The position numbers and the translations under genes were made by a program. A stretch of DNA of 64,000 nt. It comes from Pseudotevenvirus miller. Lineage: Duplodnaviria > Heunggongvirae > Uroviricota > Caudoviricetes > Straboviridae. The stretch spans positions 114,895-178,894 of IMG/VR virus record IMGVR_UViG_2706796139_000001; one strand, written 5' to 3'. Below are positions 38,969 to 48,208 of this stretch, piece by piece. Each line of letters opens with the position of its first letter. The first letter of the stretch is position 1. A model generated the notes under the pieces. The model saw only the letters and a program-made list of their open reading frames with translations, was not told the origin of the DNA and searched no databases.

Positions 38969-39816
38969 ATTATCTGGGTGTGATTCCCTATACTGGCAAC
39001 AAGCAGGATTTATTGCCTAAGCTGTTTGAACTCTTTCCTGATCGCAGACATTATCACCGATTCGTCGATTGTTTTTGTGGTGGATTGAGTGTGTCGTTAA
39101 ACGTTCCCAAACCCGTTCTAAGCAACGACTATGATAAGACGCTGATTGGTGTGTATCAAATGCTTAAACGCGCTCCTGATCTCTCTGAGGTGCGAGAATT
39201 GATTGCTAAGAAGGGACTGAACAAAGAAAACAAGGAAGCGTATCTGGCTTTTCGTGAAGAATACAACCAGCACCGCGATCCATTGTGGCTATACGTTCTG
39301 ATCCTTCACTCGTTCAGCAATGTCAACCGCACCAACGAGAAAGGGGAGTTTAACGCGCATTTCGGATACCGGACAATAAACGCATCAACCGTGAAACGGT
39401 TCGAACACTTCAAAAAGAATGTGGCTGGAATTGAATTTCGTTCTGGTTCATACTCTGATATTGAAATCAACGATAACGATTTTGTTTATTGCGATCCTCC
39501 GTATCTGATCACCGATGCGGTGTATAATAAATTCTGGAACGCAGACCGCGAACGCGAGTTATATGCTTTCCTCGACTACCTGCATGAGCGGGGTATTTGG
39601 TTTGGGTTGTCTAATGTGACGCACCACGCCGGAAAACAAAACGATATCCTGATTGAATGGATGCAGAAGTATACCGTTCATAATCTGGATAAAAAGTATC
39701 TGTTAGGGCAACACACAGAATCCTATGAACAAAACAAAACACAGGAGGTCTATGTGTGCAACTACCAGAAACGCGAAGTAAATACATTCCCACAAACACT
39801 AGATGATTTAATGTAG
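38965..39816 (+). CDS. dam: DNA adenine methyltransferase
   Basis: YTGNKQ.LL, FVD.FCGGLSV, VYCDPPY, FGLSNV. Confidence 0.93.
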   Translation: MNYLGVIPYTGNKQDLLPKLFELFPDRRHYHRFVDCFCGGLSVSLNVPKPVLSNDYDKTLIGVYQMLKRAPDLSEVRELIAKKGLNKENKEAYLAFREEYNQHRDPLWLYVLILHSFSNVNRTNEKGEFNAHFGYRTINASTVKRFEHFKKNVAGIEFRSGSYSDIEINDNDFVYCDPPYLITDAVYNKFWNADRERELYAFLDYLHERGIWFGLSNVTHHAGKQNDILIEWMQKYTVHNLDKKYLLGQHTESYEQNKTQEVYVCNYQKREVNTFPQTLDDLM

Positions 39817-39822
39817 GTTAAC

Positions 39823-40095
39823 ATGTTTACAATTTATGGTTATATCCCTTCTGTATACAATTGCGCTCCATGCCTGAACTCTAAACGACTGCTGGACGCA
39901 AAGAAACATGAATATAATTTCGTGTCTGTTGCCGATTCGAAAGACGAAGACGGTAAGCCGATCCTGAATGAAAAAGTGATTGACGAACTCGAAGGACTCC
40001 TGGGTACTCGCAAAATGACCATGCCTCAAATTTTCCATGATGGGAAACATGTTGGCGGGTTCGACCAACTTCGTGAGTATGTCCGTACCCTGTGA
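39823..40095 (+). CDS. nrdC: Thioredoxin/glutaredoxin NrdC
   Basis: CAPC, TMPQIF, GGFDQLREY. Confidence 0.9.
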   Translation: MFTIYGYIPSVYNCAPCLNSKRLLDAKKHEYNFVSVADSKDEDGKPILNEKVIDELEGLLGTRKMTMPQIFHDGKHVGGFDQLREYVRTL

Positions 40096-40130
40096 TAAAT
40101 AATGACACCTTACTGAATGGTGTTATTATG
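40094..40130 (+). promoter_or_regulatory. Late promoter plus RBS-occluding hairpin of endonuclease VII
   Basis: GATAAATA 40094-40101; AATGACACC (40101-40109) pairs with GGTGTTATT (40119-40127) covering the RBS. Confidence 0.7.
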
Positions 40131-40610
40131 CTGACGAAACGAATTACCAAAAAAGATTACCCAACTATCAAGCAAGCTCTCTTTGACAAACAAGGGGGCT
40201 GCTGTGCTCTCTGTAAACGTCCTCTTGAGGGTGATATAGAGAAACATCACCTTGACCATGACCATGCTTTAGACGGCGATAATGCCGGACGTGTGCGCGG
40301 GCTTCTGTGTAACCTATGCAACGGTACAGAAGGTATTGTAAAGCACAAATTCAACCGATCCGGTCTTGTGTCTCGTGATGTTGATTACATCACCTGGTTA
40401 GAGAACTTGCTTGCATATCTGAAACAAGATTATTCCGAAAACCGTATTCATGACAAATTCATACCAGATAAGGTAAAATGGTTTTCAAGACTTACCAAAC
40501 CTGATATGATTGCCGAAATGGTTTCTATGGGCTTTGAATACGCCGACAAAGACGAACGCAAAGCCTTAACCGCAAAATATAGAAAGCAATTAATGAAGGC
40601 AACGAAATGA
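40128..40610 (+). CDS. 49: Recombination endonuclease VII
   Basis: C..C, HLDHDH, VRGLLC.LCN..EG; between nrdC and nrdD; start ATG 40128. Confidence 0.94.
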   Translation: MLTKRITKKDYPTIKQALFDKQGGCCALCKRPLEGDIEKHHLDHDHALDGDNAGRVRGLLCNLCNGTEGIVKHKFNRSGLVSRDVDYITWLENLLAYLKQDYSENRIHDKFIPDKVKWFSRLTKPDMIAEMVSMGFEYADKDERKALTAKYRKQLMKATK

Positions 40611-42724
40611 AAGTAGAAAAACGCGACGGCAAAACCGTTGATTTTGATAAAGAAAAAATCCGTATTGCTGTAGAAAAAGCTGGCGGGACTATGACGGATG
40701 CTGATGCCGCAATCATGCTGGTTCAGTACAATCAGATCCGCGATGGTAGCGCAATGAAGATCGCCCGTATCCAGGAACTCGTTGAAGAATCCCTGATGAA
40801 AACGAACCCAGCGGTCGCCCGTGCATACATTGAGTATCGCCACGATCGCGATATTGCCCGTGAACAGAAAAGCAAACTGTTTACGGATATCTCCAGTATG
40901 GTGAATCTGTCCAATAAAGAGATCACCAACGAGAACGCGAACAAAGACGCAAGGGTTTTCCCGACACAGCGCGATCTGTTGGCGGGTATCGTAGCGAAAC
41001 ACTTCGCACGTAACCACATTCTACCAAAACACATCGTAGAAGCGCATGATTCTGGTGATATCCATTATCATGATCTGGATTACAGCCCGTTCACGCCATA
41101 CACAAACTGCTGTCTGGTGGATTTGAAAGGTATGCTGGCTAATGGCTTCAAGATGGGTAACGCAGACATCGAACCCCCGAAATCAATCGGTGTTGCGACT
41201 GCTCTTATGGCACAGATCACCGCACAGATTGCTTCTCACCAGTACGGCGGGACAACCTTTGCAAACGTGGATAAAGTGCTGGCTCCGTATGCAGAAATGA
41301 CATATGAAAAGCATGTTAAGGATGCTAAAAAGTATAAAATTTCGTTAGATCGTACATATGCGATGGAAAAGACTGAAAAAGATGTGTTTGATGCTTTCCA
41401 ATCGTATGAATACGAAGTTAACACGCTGCATACTGCCAACGGACAAACACCTTTCGTTACTATTACTTTCGGTACTGGTACGGGAATGTTTGAACGAATG
41501 ATCCAGAAAGCGATTCTGAAAAACCGTATTCGTGGTCTGGGTAAACAAGGTATTACCCCTGTGTTCCCTAAACTGGTCATGTTTATGGAAAAAGGTGTAA
41601 ACATGAATCCTGGGGATCGTAACTATGACATCAAACAATTGGCTCTGGAATGCGCTTCGAAACGTATGTACCCAGATATCATTAGTTCGGCTAATAACCG
41701 CCTTATCACTGGTTCTAGCGTTCCTGTATCTCCTATGGGTTGTCGCAGTTTCCTTAGTGTGTGGCATGATGATAACGGTAATGAAATTCTGGATGGACGT
41801 AATAACTTGGGTGTGGTGACAATTAACCTCCCGCGTATTGCTCTTGAAGCACAGGAAGCAGACGACGCACACGAGGCTTTTTGGCGTATCCTTGATGACC
41901 GTCTGGGTTTGTGCTTTGAAGCCCTGATGACTCGAATTGATAGCCTACGTGGTGTTAAAGCCAGCGTTGCGCCTATCCTGTACACAGAAGGTGCATTTGG
42001 TGTCCGTCTGAATCCTGATGATGAAATTCTGGAACTGTTCAAAAATGGGCGTAGCTCTATCAGTCTGGGATACATCGGACTGCATGAAACACTGTTGATG
42101 TTTGGATCTGGACAACACCCATTCGATCGTGTTGGTTCTCAGAATGTAGGTAAACTGATCATTGAATATCTACGCGAGGCGACCGAATCATGGAAACGTG
42201 CAACAGGATATGGATTTAGTCTGTATTCAACCCCTGCTGAATCTCTATGTCATCGCTTCTGCAAGCTGGATTATCAGAAGTTCGGAAGCGTCAAAGGGAT
42301 TACGGATAAAGGCTGGTACACAAACAGTTTCCATCTGGACGTTGATCGCAAAGTAACACCATTCGAGAAAATCGACTATGAAGCCGATTATCATTACATC
42401 GCTACTGCTGGACATATCAGCTATGTAGAATTTCCTGATATGAAAAACAACCTGGAAGCACTTGAAAAAGTCTGGGATTACGCGATGGAAAAACTGGACT
42501 ACTTCGGGACTAACCTTCCGGTCGATAAGTGCTTTGAATGTGGTGCTGATGATGAATTCACGCCTACAGAAGACGGTTTTCATTGCAAGCACTGCGGTAA
42601 TCACGATCCGGCTAAAATGAGTGTTACGCGCCGTACATGCGGTTATCTGGGTGCTCCTGCTGTTCGTGGTTTCAACGAAGGTAAGAACAAAGAAATGATG
42701 CACCGTACTAAGCATCAAAATTAA
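40607..42724 (+). CDS. nrdD: Anaerobic ribonucleotide reductase, large subunit (with ATP cone)
   Basis: N-terminal VEKRDG ATP cone; NCCL, MGCRS, YTNSFH, RRTCGYLG glycyl radical loop; no intron. Confidence 0.97.
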   Translation: MKVEKRDGKTVDFDKEKIRIAVEKAGGTMTDADAAIMLVQYNQIRDGSAMKIARIQELVEESLMKTNPAVARAYIEYRHDRDIAREQKSKLFTDISSMVNLSNKEITNENANKDARVFPTQRDLLAGIVAKHFARNHILPKHIVEAHDSGDIHYHDLDYSPFTPYTNCCLVDLKGMLANGFKMGNADIEPPKSIGVATALMAQITAQIASHQYGGTTFANVDKVLAPYAEMTYEKHVKDAKKYKISLDRTYAMEKTEKDVFDAFQSYEYEVNTLHTANGQTPFVTITFGTGTGMFERMIQKAILKNRIRGLGKQGITPVFPKLVMFMEKGVNMNPGDRNYDIKQLALECASKRMYPDIISSANNRLITGSSVPVSPMGCRSFLSVWHDDNGNEILDGRNNLGVVTINLPRIALEAQEADDAHEAFWRILDDRLGLCFEALMTRIDSLRGVKASVAPILYTEGAFGVRLNPDDEILELFKNGRSSISLGYIGLHETLLMFGSGQHPFDRVGSQNVGKLIIEYLREATESWKRATGYGFSLYSTPAESLCHRFCKLDYQKFGSVKGITDKGWYTNSFHLDVDRKVTPFEKIDYEADYHYIATAGHISYVEFPDMKNNLEALEKVWDYAMEKLDYFGTNLPVDKCFECGADDEFTPTEDGFHCKHCGNHDPAKMSVTRRTCGYLGAPAVRGFNEGKNKEMMHRTKHQN

Positions 42725-42726
42725 TC

Positions 42727-42765
42727 AAAAAGCCCCTTGCGAAAGTGAGGGGCTTTTGTTATATT
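42727..42765 (+). terminator. Terminator overlapping an early promoter
   Basis: AAAAGCCCCT..AGGGGCTTTT hairpin contains TTGCGA - 17 nt - TATATT. Confidence 0.7.
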
Positions 42766-42793
42766 GCACATACTGAAATAAATTGAGGGTTAT

Positions 42794-43288
42794 ATGATGT
42801 TATGGACAAAAGATAAATTTGTATTTCGTGATGATGAAAGTTTTGGTACGTTATACAGAAACTTAGCTTTGCGTGGTGGTCCTCTGTCTCCTAGCCAGCT
42901 ATCGTCTGTTGTGTTTCCAATCACGGTTACGCATTGCGACCGATTTGGTGTTAACGGATTCGTTGATTTCAATGGCACTACATGGTATTCGGATAATTCG
43001 TTTCTGTTCAAAAACGAGGATCGCAACCTCTTCAAAAAACATATAGAGATTCCCAAACCGATAGTTGACAAGCCGATTAATGAAGATGTTCAACAACTTC
43101 TGGATTGTGCGCACTTGCTGGGTAAAATCTATGTGGAAGGTAAACTGGTAACGAAACCTGGCGACCTTGAGCGTATGTTGCGCAAACAACGTGACATTAA
43201 GTTGAAGGAAACCGAAAGACATGTTGATACGCTTACAAAATCGTTAGAAGAATCACAACGTGATCTGAAATTCTTACGGGGTGAATGA
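42794..43288 (+). CDS. Hypothetical protein
   Basis: 164 aa, RBS GAGG; coiled-coil C-terminus. Confidence 0.75.
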   Translation: MMLWTKDKFVFRDDESFGTLYRNLALRGGPLSPSQLSSVVFPITVTHCDRFGVNGFVDFNGTTWYSDNSFLFKNEDRNLFKKHIEIPKPIVDKPINEDVQQLLDCAHLLGKIYVEGKLVTKPGDLERMLRKQRDIKLKETERHVDTLTKSLEESQRDLKFLRGE

Positions 43289-43527
43289 TGTTTCCATTAA
43301 AGGCTCGTGTGCGTAATAAAACTGGAACACAGGAATGGATGGAGTGTATACGCGAAACGAAACGCTATTACATTTCACAGGCTGTTGATAATAATGGAAA
43401 TAATATTCGTTATAACAAGGTTGGGGGTAAGCGCGTAGGTATGGATCAATATCTTCAAGTTTCTACCGTTCGTCCTGTTAATGTTCCGTTTGATTTAAGA
43501 ATTCCGAACGGAAAGCCAGTGATATGA
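43285..43527 (+). CDS. Hypothetical protein
   Basis: 80 aa, overlapping start/stop. Confidence 0.7.
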   Translation: MMFPLKARVRNKTGTQEWMECIRETKRYYISQAVDNNGNNIRYNKVGGKRVGMDQYLQVSTVRPVNVPFDLRIPNGKPVI

Positions 43528-44033
43528 TCGATAAACTTCTCGATTCTTTGTTTCCTTCCCGTGTACATAAACGGGAAGCCAAAAAGCGGTTGGATGATTT
43601 GCGTGAAGAAATATTGTTCAATTCTTTTATGGAATGGAAGAAGAAACGCGAAGATGAGAAACACCCAAAAGCTCAAATGGCTGAGGGTGTTTCAAAATGC
43701 GCTGTTGGTCGATACTGGGTAGAAAAAGACTATCTGGATCTGATAGGCGCTATCGCTCCTGGGGTGACTCTGGAGGACTTTTCACGCGCAACCGGACGTT
43801 CGTATACAGGATGTATAAATCGCCTCCGTATGCTGTGTATAGTGTCTCGTGGGTCTATGTATGGATATCGTGATGTTATCCGTCCGGTTATTCCTGTTAG
43901 TCGTTTAAAAATTTGCACAGCAACCGGAAAAAGACTTGACCTAACCGATGAAATGTGTAAAATGGGCTATATCAGAGAGGGGAAAGTGTTAAAAGCCCCT
44001 GAATGGTTCCTAAAACAATTTGAAATAAGGTAA
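43524..44033 (+). CDS. Hypothetical protein with Myb/HTH-like motif
   Basis: YWVEKDYLDL....G.TLEDFSRATGRSYTGCINRLRML. Confidence 0.6.
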   Translation: MIDKLLDSLFPSRVHKREAKKRLDDLREEILFNSFMEWKKKREDEKHPKAQMAEGVSKCAVGRYWVEKDYLDLIGAIAPGVTLEDFSRATGRSYTGCINRLRMLCIVSRGSMYGYRDVIRPVIPVSRLKICTATGKRLDLTDEMCKMGYIREGKVLKAPEWFLKQFEIR

Positions 44034-44037
44034 CAAT

Positions 44038-44631
44038 ATGTTTAAGAAAATGTTTTCTTTCCTCAACAACAAAGTCGAAACCGTCATCGAGAAGAACACT
44101 TCCCCCGAAGACGCATGGCGTAGCGCCGCACGTATGCTGATCAAAGAGATCGACCGTCTGCAACATACCCGCATCACGGCGACTCAGGAAATCGCAAAAC
44201 TGAGTAAAAAAGTTGTTGAGCATAAAGCTCTACACGAAAACAAAGAAGCAGAGATCAAAAAACTGCTGGCTGCTTCTCAGGAAGTTTCGAACAGTCATTA
44301 CATTCTGGCACTTCAACACCGCAATATCTGGCAGGGTTTGAAGGAAAAGATCAACGAACTGGAAGAAATGAACAAACAGATCGATCTGTCTGTTGTTGAA
44401 CTCGATAAGAAACTGGGTGATGTTAAAATGAACCTGGAGATCATCGAACTGAACAAACAGACCGAAAGTCTGGGTCTGACTGTGCCGGAAGATGTGATTG
44501 CAAGCGTCGGACATACCACTGTGAATGTTGATACTATCGTAACGAAGATTGATGTTCTGCTGGGTGGTAAAAATGCCGCTTCTGTAACCTCCGCTGATGT
44601 TAGTGCATACATCGAAGCCCTGAAAGCATAA
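44038..44631 (+). CDS. PspA/IM30 (ESCRT-III-like) family protein
   Basis: N-terminal F..F...N..+...EK...P...R; long heptad helices; ELDKKLGDVK parallels PspA ELENKLSETR. Confidence 0.6.
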   Translation: MFKKMFSFLNNKVETVIEKNTSPEDAWRSAARMLIKEIDRLQHTRITATQEIAKLSKKVVEHKALHENKEAEIKKLLAASQEVSNSHYILALQHRNIWQGLKEKINELEEMNKQIDLSVVELDKKLGDVKMNLEIIELNKQTESLGLTVPEDVIASVGHTTVNVDTIVTKIDVLLGGKNAASVTSADVSAYIEALKA

Positions 44632-44636
44632 TGAGG

Positions 44637-44659
44637 AAAGGGGCGAAAGCCCCTTTTTT
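44637..44659 (+). terminator. Intrinsic terminator
   Basis: AAAGGGGC-GAAA-GCCCCTTTTTT. Confidence 0.85.
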
Positions 44660-44663
44660 GCCT

Positions 44664-45611
44664 ATGTCATATAGTATTGAACGCGATAGTTATGATAATT
44701 ACTTTCTTGTTGATCATTGTTATATGATTAGAGAACCGTTGCCTTTGAGTTGGGAAATATTACCCGAAAACACAAAGAGAAGAATTGCAGACGAGTTGCA
44801 TAGAAACGCTATTTTTGAAACAGTAGATATCGATATCAAAACTAAAAATATGTCGATACAAACAAAACTTGATGCTATCAAAGCAATGCGCGAGATCAGT
44901 GTTAGTCATTTATTGATTGAAGGTAGCCAGCCTTTAGGTTATTCTGGTATATCAAATACAAAAGAAACACCGAAAAGAGAGGATGAAAAAATGATGTGGG
45001 AACCCGGATTGTCTGATCCGAAGAAGAAAATAACTTCGTATTCGTGGAAAGAAAAATACAAAGAACCACTGCGACATCTTCCATACAAAGAGAAGATGAT
45101 CGCATTGCTCGATAGTAAAGCCGCTATATTTTCAACATGGGCTAGTGAAGGTCCGATCCTTATTGCTGGATTTTTGGGTCATGTGGTTGACGTGTATAAA
45201 CCTGGCGATGCCCTTGATGCAATTATGGATTCTACGTATGTCGAAGATGTTCAGATCCCGTGCATCGCAACATCAAGGTATAGCGCACCTGGTAACATAG
45301 CTACCGATCGTTTATGTGTTGTTGCTGAATGTGGCAATAAATGGCATTTCAACCCATTACCGAAAGATGCACAAACGGTGCTTGTCGCTCTTGACATAAC
45401 GACTACTGACGGCGAAAGGGTGAAAGTCATCATTTCAAGCGATAACCTGTCTGATGTTGTTGAGTATTTCAGGGATGATTTTGTTAAAAAGCTGAAAGCG
45501 AAACAGATCGAAAAATTTATTCATAGTTGTAAAAAGAACGTGATGGAAAAATATGATCCGTCGCTATCATACACGAAGATTGATAATGACCTGGTAGGTG
45601 AATTATGTTGA
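44664..45611 (+). CDS. Hypothetical protein
   Basis: Long ORF; start uncertain (track start lies within the terminator). Confidence 0.65.
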   Translation: MSYSIERDSYDNYFLVDHCYMIREPLPLSWEILPENTKRRIADELHRNAIFETVDIDIKTKNMSIQTKLDAIKAMREISVSHLLIEGSQPLGYSGISNTKETPKREDEKMMWEPGLSDPKKKITSYSWKEKYKEPLRHLPYKEKMIALLDSKAAIFSTWASEGPILIAGFLGHVVDVYKPGDALDAIMDSTYVEDVQIPCIATSRYSAPGNIATDRLCVVAECGNKWHFNPLPKDAQTVLVALDITTTDGERVKVIISSDNLSDVVEYFRDDFVKKLKAKQIEKFIHSCKKNVMEKYDPSLSYTKIDNDLVGELC

Positions 45612-45895
45612 TGAATAGTGCTCAATGCAAAGCCTTGAACTTTCTGATCCATGAACTGATTGAACTTGATATCCCGTTTGAGTTCGTCGATCCTATTAAC
45701 TCAGAACACCGTAACACTTTTTCCTGGGTTTCTGGTGATGATAGTATCGATTCGGTGAATAAAATCGTTCGATGTGCTCTACGCAATCGCAGCATGGTGA
45801 TGATAGGAAGTGTGAACGCCAACACATGGAACGATGCTGATGCGTATTTCGTGGGTTATCGGACTATGTTTGATAAGGTCGTAGAAATATGTTGA
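45605..45895 (+). CDS. Hypothetical protein
   Basis: 96 aa, coupled. Confidence 0.65.
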   Translation: MLMNSAQCKALNFLIHELIELDIPFEFVDPINSEHRNTFSWVSGDDSIDSVNKIVRCALRNRSMVMIGSVNANTWNDADAYFVGYRTMFDKVVEIC

Positions 45896-45920
45896 CAGCG
45901 AATTCATGATCGCTTAGTAT
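45892..45920 (+). promoter_or_regulatory. Sigma70-type early promoter
   Basis: TTGACA - 17 nt - TAGTAT. Confidence 0.75.
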
Positions 45921-45953
45921 GCCCCTGTAGACAAACACTATAGGGGCTAAATC

Positions 45954-46148
45954 ATGAAACTGAAAAATACTGCTACTGAAAATCTTTGTGAAGAAATCGC
46001 GGCGACCTACTGGAAAGAAGGACACGCAAAGGCAATGAAGGATTTTCAAAAGTGGTGTGATACCCAGAAGTTAGCAAAATGGGAATACATCGTAATCGTG
46101 GAAAGGATTAAAGAACTGATCCTTGTGAAGAAAGGTACTATGAAATGA
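45954..46148 (+). CDS. Hypothetical protein
   Basis: 64 aa after promoter, RBS AGGGG. Confidence 0.65.
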   Translation: MKLKNTATENLCEEIAATYWKEGHAKAMKDFQKWCDTQKLAKWEYIVIVERIKELILVKKGTMK

Positions 46149-46675
46149 TTCAATTAAAATTGGATACCCAGGCGCTGAACAATCTGTTCCCAGAAGGAAC
46201 CCAGGCGCGTTTAGATCTGCAAGCAAGTGTTATCAAAAACATCGTTAGTAGTGTGGTTGGTAAACGCGTGTCAGAAGAAGTTGAAAACATGGTTATCAGT
46301 CATGTTAACGCAATGATGCCAGCAAATCACGAAATCGAAAAGATCGTGCAAAAAGAATTCGCCAACTATATTCAGAAGCGCTACGCGTATAGTAACGTGT
46401 TTGAATCGAATTCAGGTGGTATCCGGCAGATCAAAGAAGTGATCGAGAACGGTGTTAAAAGTCAATGCGCTGGCCTGATTGATTCTATCAAGCTGGACGC
46501 AATCAATAGCGCAACCGAAAATCTGAAAGCAGATGAAGAAGCGTTTATTGCTCGCGTTACCAAAAACCTCGAAGTAACAGTTCGTAAAGAAATCGTTGCT
46601 CGCGTGAACGCAGAATTCCCGCAACTTATCGACGAAGCGATTAAAGCCCGTCTGTTCCCAGAGGCGAAAGGCTGA
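46145..46675 (+). CDS. Hypothetical helical protein
   Basis: 176 aa, coupled to nrdG. Confidence 0.75.
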   Translation: MIQLKLDTQALNNLFPEGTQARLDLQASVIKNIVSSVVGKRVSEEVENMVISHVNAMMPANHEIEKIVQKEFANYIQKRYAYSNVFESNSGGIRQIKEVIENGVKSQCAGLIDSIKLDAINSATENLKADEEAFIARVTKNLEVTVRKEIVARVNAEFPQLIDEAIKARLFPEAKG

Positions 46676-47166
46676 TGAACTTTGACCGCATCTATAACAT
46701 GGATGTGGTCAACGGTAAAGGAATCCGTGTTGTGTTGTTTGTTACTGGCTGCAATCATAAATGCGAAGGTTGCTACAACAAAAGCACATGGAATCCCCGC
46801 AACGGTACACCATACACCGAAGAGACTGAGAACGAGTTGATTAAACTCCTTTCAAATCCTTATGTGGACGGATTGACGCTTACAGGTGGCGATCCGTTTT
46901 ACCGCACCAATCATCCAACGCTGTTAAAACTGCTCCAGCGCGTTCGTGCTGTGTTGCCGGATAAGAATGTATGGGTTTGGACAGGCTACACACTGGAAGC
47001 CTTACAAAGCGATACAGAACGTTCTAAGCTACTTCCGTTTATCGATGTTCTGATCGATGGGAAGTATGAAAAAGATTTACCGACTAAGAAACCGTTTCGC
47101 GGTTCCGACAATCAGAGATTGATTGAGTTTCAAAAAGATTCAATCGAGATTAAAAATATCGCTTGA
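46675..47166 (+). CDS. nrdG: Anaerobic RNR activating enzyme
   Basis: VNGKGIRVVLFVTGC.H.C.GC radical-SAM motif; FRGS.NQR. Confidence 0.96.
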   Translation: MNFDRIYNMDVVNGKGIRVVLFVTGCNHKCEGCYNKSTWNPRNGTPYTEETENELIKLLSNPYVDGLTLTGGDPFYRTNHPTLLKLLQRVRAVLPDKNVWVWTGYTLEALQSDTERSKLLPFIDVLIDGKYEKDLPTKKPFRGSDNQRLIEFQKDSIEIKNIA

Positions 47167-47191
47167 CCTGGTTTGGTGATTTTGATAAGAT
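47163..47191 (+). promoter_or_regulatory. Sigma70-type early promoter
   Basis: TTGACC - 17 nt - TAAGAT. Confidence 0.7.
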
Positions 47192-47233
47192 GTACCACGT
47201 AACGAAACATAAACTTTAATTGAGAGAAACATT

Positions 47234-48160
47234 ATGATCCTGAATTTCAAAACCCGTAATGAAGCCCGTAAGTATTGCTGGAAGTGGAACATTCCGCTGA
47301 AAAACATCAAAAAGCATAACGATGGTTCAAACCATCCGTGGCGTGTAACAACCGAAGAAACCATGTTCAAAGTAGGACGTGATTATAAACTGGTTGATGT
47401 TGAAGGTTTTACCGAAGGTGGTAAAAATCGCGCAAATAAAGTACAGGCAGAACAAATCAACGCTCATTTGAATGGCGTGATCTCCCTGGTAAGCAAAGAC
47501 GGCGACAAGTTCCGCTTTAAATCTCCGGCTAACGTAGCAATGGACGTTGTTCGTCCGTGGGAAGCGCGTTTCTTCAAAGAAGTTGCACCAGTTGTCAACG
47601 CAAAGCCGAAGAAAGCCAAACAAGCCCCAGCAATAAAACCTGCTGTAACTCCTGCTCCTGTTGAAGATCTGGACGCGGTGCTTGATGGTGGTGTTAATCT
47701 CGCTCCGGTTGAAGAAAAAACGTTTAGCGAAGCATGGCCTGGTATTTTTGTAACCAATATCCCTTACGTTCTGGTTGATGAACATGGGTTTATTTCTGGA
47801 CACAACAGCAACGCAAACCAGATTATCGTAGACCATATGAAGCAAAACAACAATGTCGTGATTTTCGATTTTGTTGACCATGAAGGTGATGCGAATATCA
47901 AAGCAGAGGCACGTTTACCATATGTGCTGAAACGTGAGCGTAAATTCTTCCGTGAACTGGGTACTGGTAAAGTTCCAGAAACTCCAGCAGTACAGGCGGT
48001 TGATATTGAATCCCAGAAACGTGATCAAGAAATTATCGCTGCTGCTCAGAAAGTAGAAGACGCGCTGGCAGAACACCAGAAAGCAATCGAAATCGTACAA
48101 AAAGCCGCTCGCGCTGTTCGCGAAGCTGCACAAGAACTTGCGCTCCTGACACGTAAGTAA
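47234..48160 (+). CDS. Hypothetical protein with two copies of a ~70-aa domain
   Basis: Y.LVD..GF...N ... E.+FF+E repeated; Pro/Ala linker; C-terminal coiled coil. Confidence 0.78.
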   Translation: MILNFKTRNEARKYCWKWNIPLKNIKKHNDGSNHPWRVTTEETMFKVGRDYKLVDVEGFTEGGKNRANKVQAEQINAHLNGVISLVSKDGDKFRFKSPANVAMDVVRPWEARFFKEVAPVVNAKPKKAKQAPAIKPAVTPAPVEDLDAVLDGGVNLAPVEEKTFSEAWPGIFVTNIPYVLVDEHGFISGHNSNANQIIVDHMKQNNNVVIFDFVDHEGDANIKAEARLPYVLKRERKFFRELGTGKVPETPAVQAVDIESQKRDQEIIAAAQKVEDALAEHQKAIEIVQKAARAVREAAQELALLTRK

Positions 48161-48168
48161 TACAATTT

Positions 48169-48194
48169 GGGGTGCTGAAAAGCATCCCCTTTTT
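48169..48194 (+). terminator. Intrinsic terminator
   Basis: GGGGTGCT-GAAA-AGCATCCCC followed by T run. Confidence 0.8.
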
Positions 48195-48208
48195 ATTTGA
48201 GGTATATT

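Noticed and set aside
40607-42724. Intron or intein in nrdD as in T4 sunY
   Set aside because: ORF is continuous and normal length, with no insertion signature
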